64,000 nt of DNA from Phyllosticta citribraziliensis (lineage: Eukaryota). The stretch spans positions 372,001 through 436,000 of the forward strand of contig NW_027117338.1 in assembly GCF_038025025.1 (NCBI RefSeq), written 5' to 3'. Positions within the stretch are counted from its first letter, which is position 1; each line of letters opens with the position of its first letter. Shown in pieces: positions 61,546 through 64,000 of this stretch. The position numbers were made by a program, and so were the translations under genes. Under the pieces are notes generated by a model, which was not told where the DNA came from, made no database searches, and was given only the letters and a program-made list of their open reading frames with translations.

Positions 61546-64000
61546 CTGTCTTAGTCCGTCTACGGTCCGGTTCGTCCGTCCATCCGCATACACACATTCA
61601 TACATACATACATCCACACGAGGGAATAAGCATCATCGCACGGGGCATCCATCCATTCATCCATCATATTTCCTTCCTTCCTTCCTTCCTTCCCTTTTCT
61701 TTCCCCGCCGTTCGGGCGCCTGCGGCTGCCGCTGTTGCTGTCGCTCCGCGGGGCCGTCACGTCATGCGTGTCTCTTTTCTTCCATTCTTCGTTTTTGCCT
61801 TTTTTTTTTTCTTTTTCTTTTTGTGGCGCAGGGTTTTGCTTTTGACGTAATGACGGGTGTGCATGGAGTAGTTGGGGGGCGGCGGTTGCTGGTTGCTGGT
61901 TGCTGGTTGGGTAGTCGGTTGGTTGGGTTGTCAGTCAGTCTGTCTACCTTGCTGGCCGACGTTTTATGCTTTTTGCGGGGGAGAGGGGTTTTTTTGTTCT
62001 TGTTCTTCTTTTCTGCTTTTGTGCGTGGTATGTATTTCGTGGTGGCGCTAGGGTGGGCTGGTGTGCGGTTTTGCTTTTTTTGGGTGGTGCGTTGGCTGGT
62101 TTTGTTGGCTGGCGGTCTGCGAGGACTATTTTTACTTTCTTTGCTTATTGTTGTCGTCTTTTTGTTTGCACATACATACATACATCTATCTCGCGCCGTG
62201 GGAAGGGCAAGGCGAGGTGGGAACATGGGGAGTTTGAGAAAATGGGAGGAAGAAGGCGAGGAAGAAGAGGAGGAAAAAAGAATGAAGCCAATTGATGTGA
62301 CTGTCGCCCCTACCAGCGCGTCCAGTCCAGTGCAGTCCATCTGCCTACCTTGTACCTACTGTACTGCATGTACATAGTACAACATACCGCAGCAGCTGGC
62401 TGTGCTCGCTCCCGTCCCTCTCTCGGCCTTCCTATTCTCCTGCCCTCTCCCTCTCCCTCTCAGCCCCAGTGTCCCGTCCCCGTCCCCGTCCCGTCACCGG
62501 CCGCTAGCCACCGTTCCATTCGCCGTTCGCCGGCCTCGCCATCCACCCATCCATCCGTCCGCCCGTCCGTCCATCCCTAGGTACGGAGACGAGCAGATCT
62601 ATCGGCCGGCCGGCCGGGATAGGAGTGGACGTAGTTCTACAGGCCGCCGCCGCCGATCGCTGCCTTGATGACGCGTGGATCTACCCGAGGCGGTTCGGCG
62701 TTTAGAGAGGAGCGAGGGGAGGGAGGCTCGGGGTTTGTTTGTCGATTGATGGGGTCGATTGAGGGAGGCGATTGATTGATTGATTGATTAGATGGGATGG
62801 GATGGGGTGTCGATGGTGGTGGTGGTCAAGGACTACGGACGGAATACTCCCGTCACGTCGTCCTTCGTCCTTCGTCCTTCGTTCTTCTTCTTTTTCGGTA
62901 GATATCCCCATCCATACTTACATATGGATATGTAGGTACCTACCGTAGAGCATACATACATGTAGCATGCATGCAGCATGCACACGCGCCGCGCCCTCTT
63001 CCTCCGCTCTCCCCTTCCTTCTCTCTCTTTCTCGAATCTTGCCCGCCTTGCCCCATCGCATCGACGTAAACACCTGCGCAACTACTCCACACCGGCAGTG
63101 CAATAATCCCCACCCAGGCGCTCAATCCAACCCACTCAACACTGCGCAAAAAAAAAAAAAAAAAAAACTCTCTGAGAAAAAATCGACAGAAAAAACTGGC
63201 ATCGCGCATCCCTCACCGGTCGGTCAATCGGTCAACACCGACATCACCACTACTCTATGTAACCCGACCCAACCCGCGCGCGAGTCAGCCATCTCGCTCG
63301 CTCGCTCGCGTGGTCGCCGCTGGGGTCCGTTGCACGTCTGTCTGTGCCCGCGGTGCGGCGGGCGGCGCGTGCGAGCGAGCGGAGCGAATGATCAGCGAGC
63401 AAAGCGAGTGACTACTAGCGTCCAGCGAGTGCTCTTTCCGAGGCTCCACTTGTTGGGCGGGCGAGTAGTGGGCGCGCGGGTCTGCCCTATGAGATTGAGG
63501 CGCGTGGTGAGTGGTAAGTGGTGAGTGGGCGGGTTGGATTATTGATGACTGTACATACTGATGCCGCAGGCAGGTTGTACATACAGAACATATGTCGGTC
63601 GGTTGTGGAGTGTGATGATGGTGGTTTGGTACGTGTGTGGGTTGAGCCGAGCTTCTCTACAAATCTTCTTTTGAGCTTTCGTATTCTGATGTCTTGTGTT
63701 GTTGTTCTTTGTATTCCTTGTTTTTCTCTACATGCGGCAAACCCTCTGCACGTACTCGTGTTGGTGTTTGCCATTGGACTGCGCGCTGCCTGTCATTGTC
63801 GAACCGCGCTCGCTCTCGCAGTCGTAGTAGTGTACGGACGAGAAAAGCGGTAGGAAGGCTATCGACAATGTCTCGTTTGCTCGTCAGCAACGTGAAGATT
63901 CAGCGCGCCGCCTGGCTTGGGACTACTCACTTGCCAATCCAGCTTTGCAGCTTGACTGCCGGCCAACAAGGAAGGAAGAAAGATGAAGAGAGAACGAACG

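Noticed and set aside
61212..62377. Long hydrophobic Phe/Leu-rich ORFs resembling membrane proteins
   Set aside because: They arise from poly-T and microsatellite tracts downstream of the RasGEF gene.
1..64000. Transposons, RIP-degraded AT-rich blocks, tRNA/rRNA genes, CRISPR arrays, secondary-metabolite backbone genes
   Set aside because: No transposase/RT motifs, terminal repeats, AT-rich tracts, cloverleafs, spaced repeats or PKS/NRPS motifs seen by eye. Small ncRNAs cannot be excluded without a covariance-model search.

Overview
Gene-dense eukaryotic window from a filamentous ascomycete. The short GT-AG introns with CTRAC branch points, GC-rich codons and abundant microsatellites support this. 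A Dothideomycete-like plant associate is my inference only. I hand-assembled 16 protein-coding genes, most with exon phases that close to an intact reading frame: Sde2, a MYND zinc-finger protein, an M20 N-carbamoyl-amino-acid/beta-ureidopropionase hydrolase, an APC amino-acid permease, Dph3, frataxin, AP-3 sigma, an orphan membrane glycoprotein, the ~4000-aa HECT ligase Tom1, a BLOC-1 subunit 1-like protein, a GH5 mannanase, an AA9 LPMO, a PTH11-like 7TM receptor, a histidine phosphatase, a triple-Zn2Cys6 protein and a RasGEF. There is also an S/T/P-rich GPI-type protein whose 5' end is unresolved. No transposon, tRNA, rRNA or CRISPR was recognised. The most interesting signals are: (i) a co-oriented mannanase + LPMO + PTH11-like receptor block, where the LPMO ends in a disordered tail with a Cys-Arg6-Asp motif; (ii) a 1166-aa protein with three tandem internal Zn2Cys6 clusters plus a C-terminal Cys-rich domain; (iii) a RasGEF fused to its own degenerate Ras-like (pseudo-GTPase) domain and spliced through a GC-AG intron. 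All family calls come from motif recognition, not database searches.
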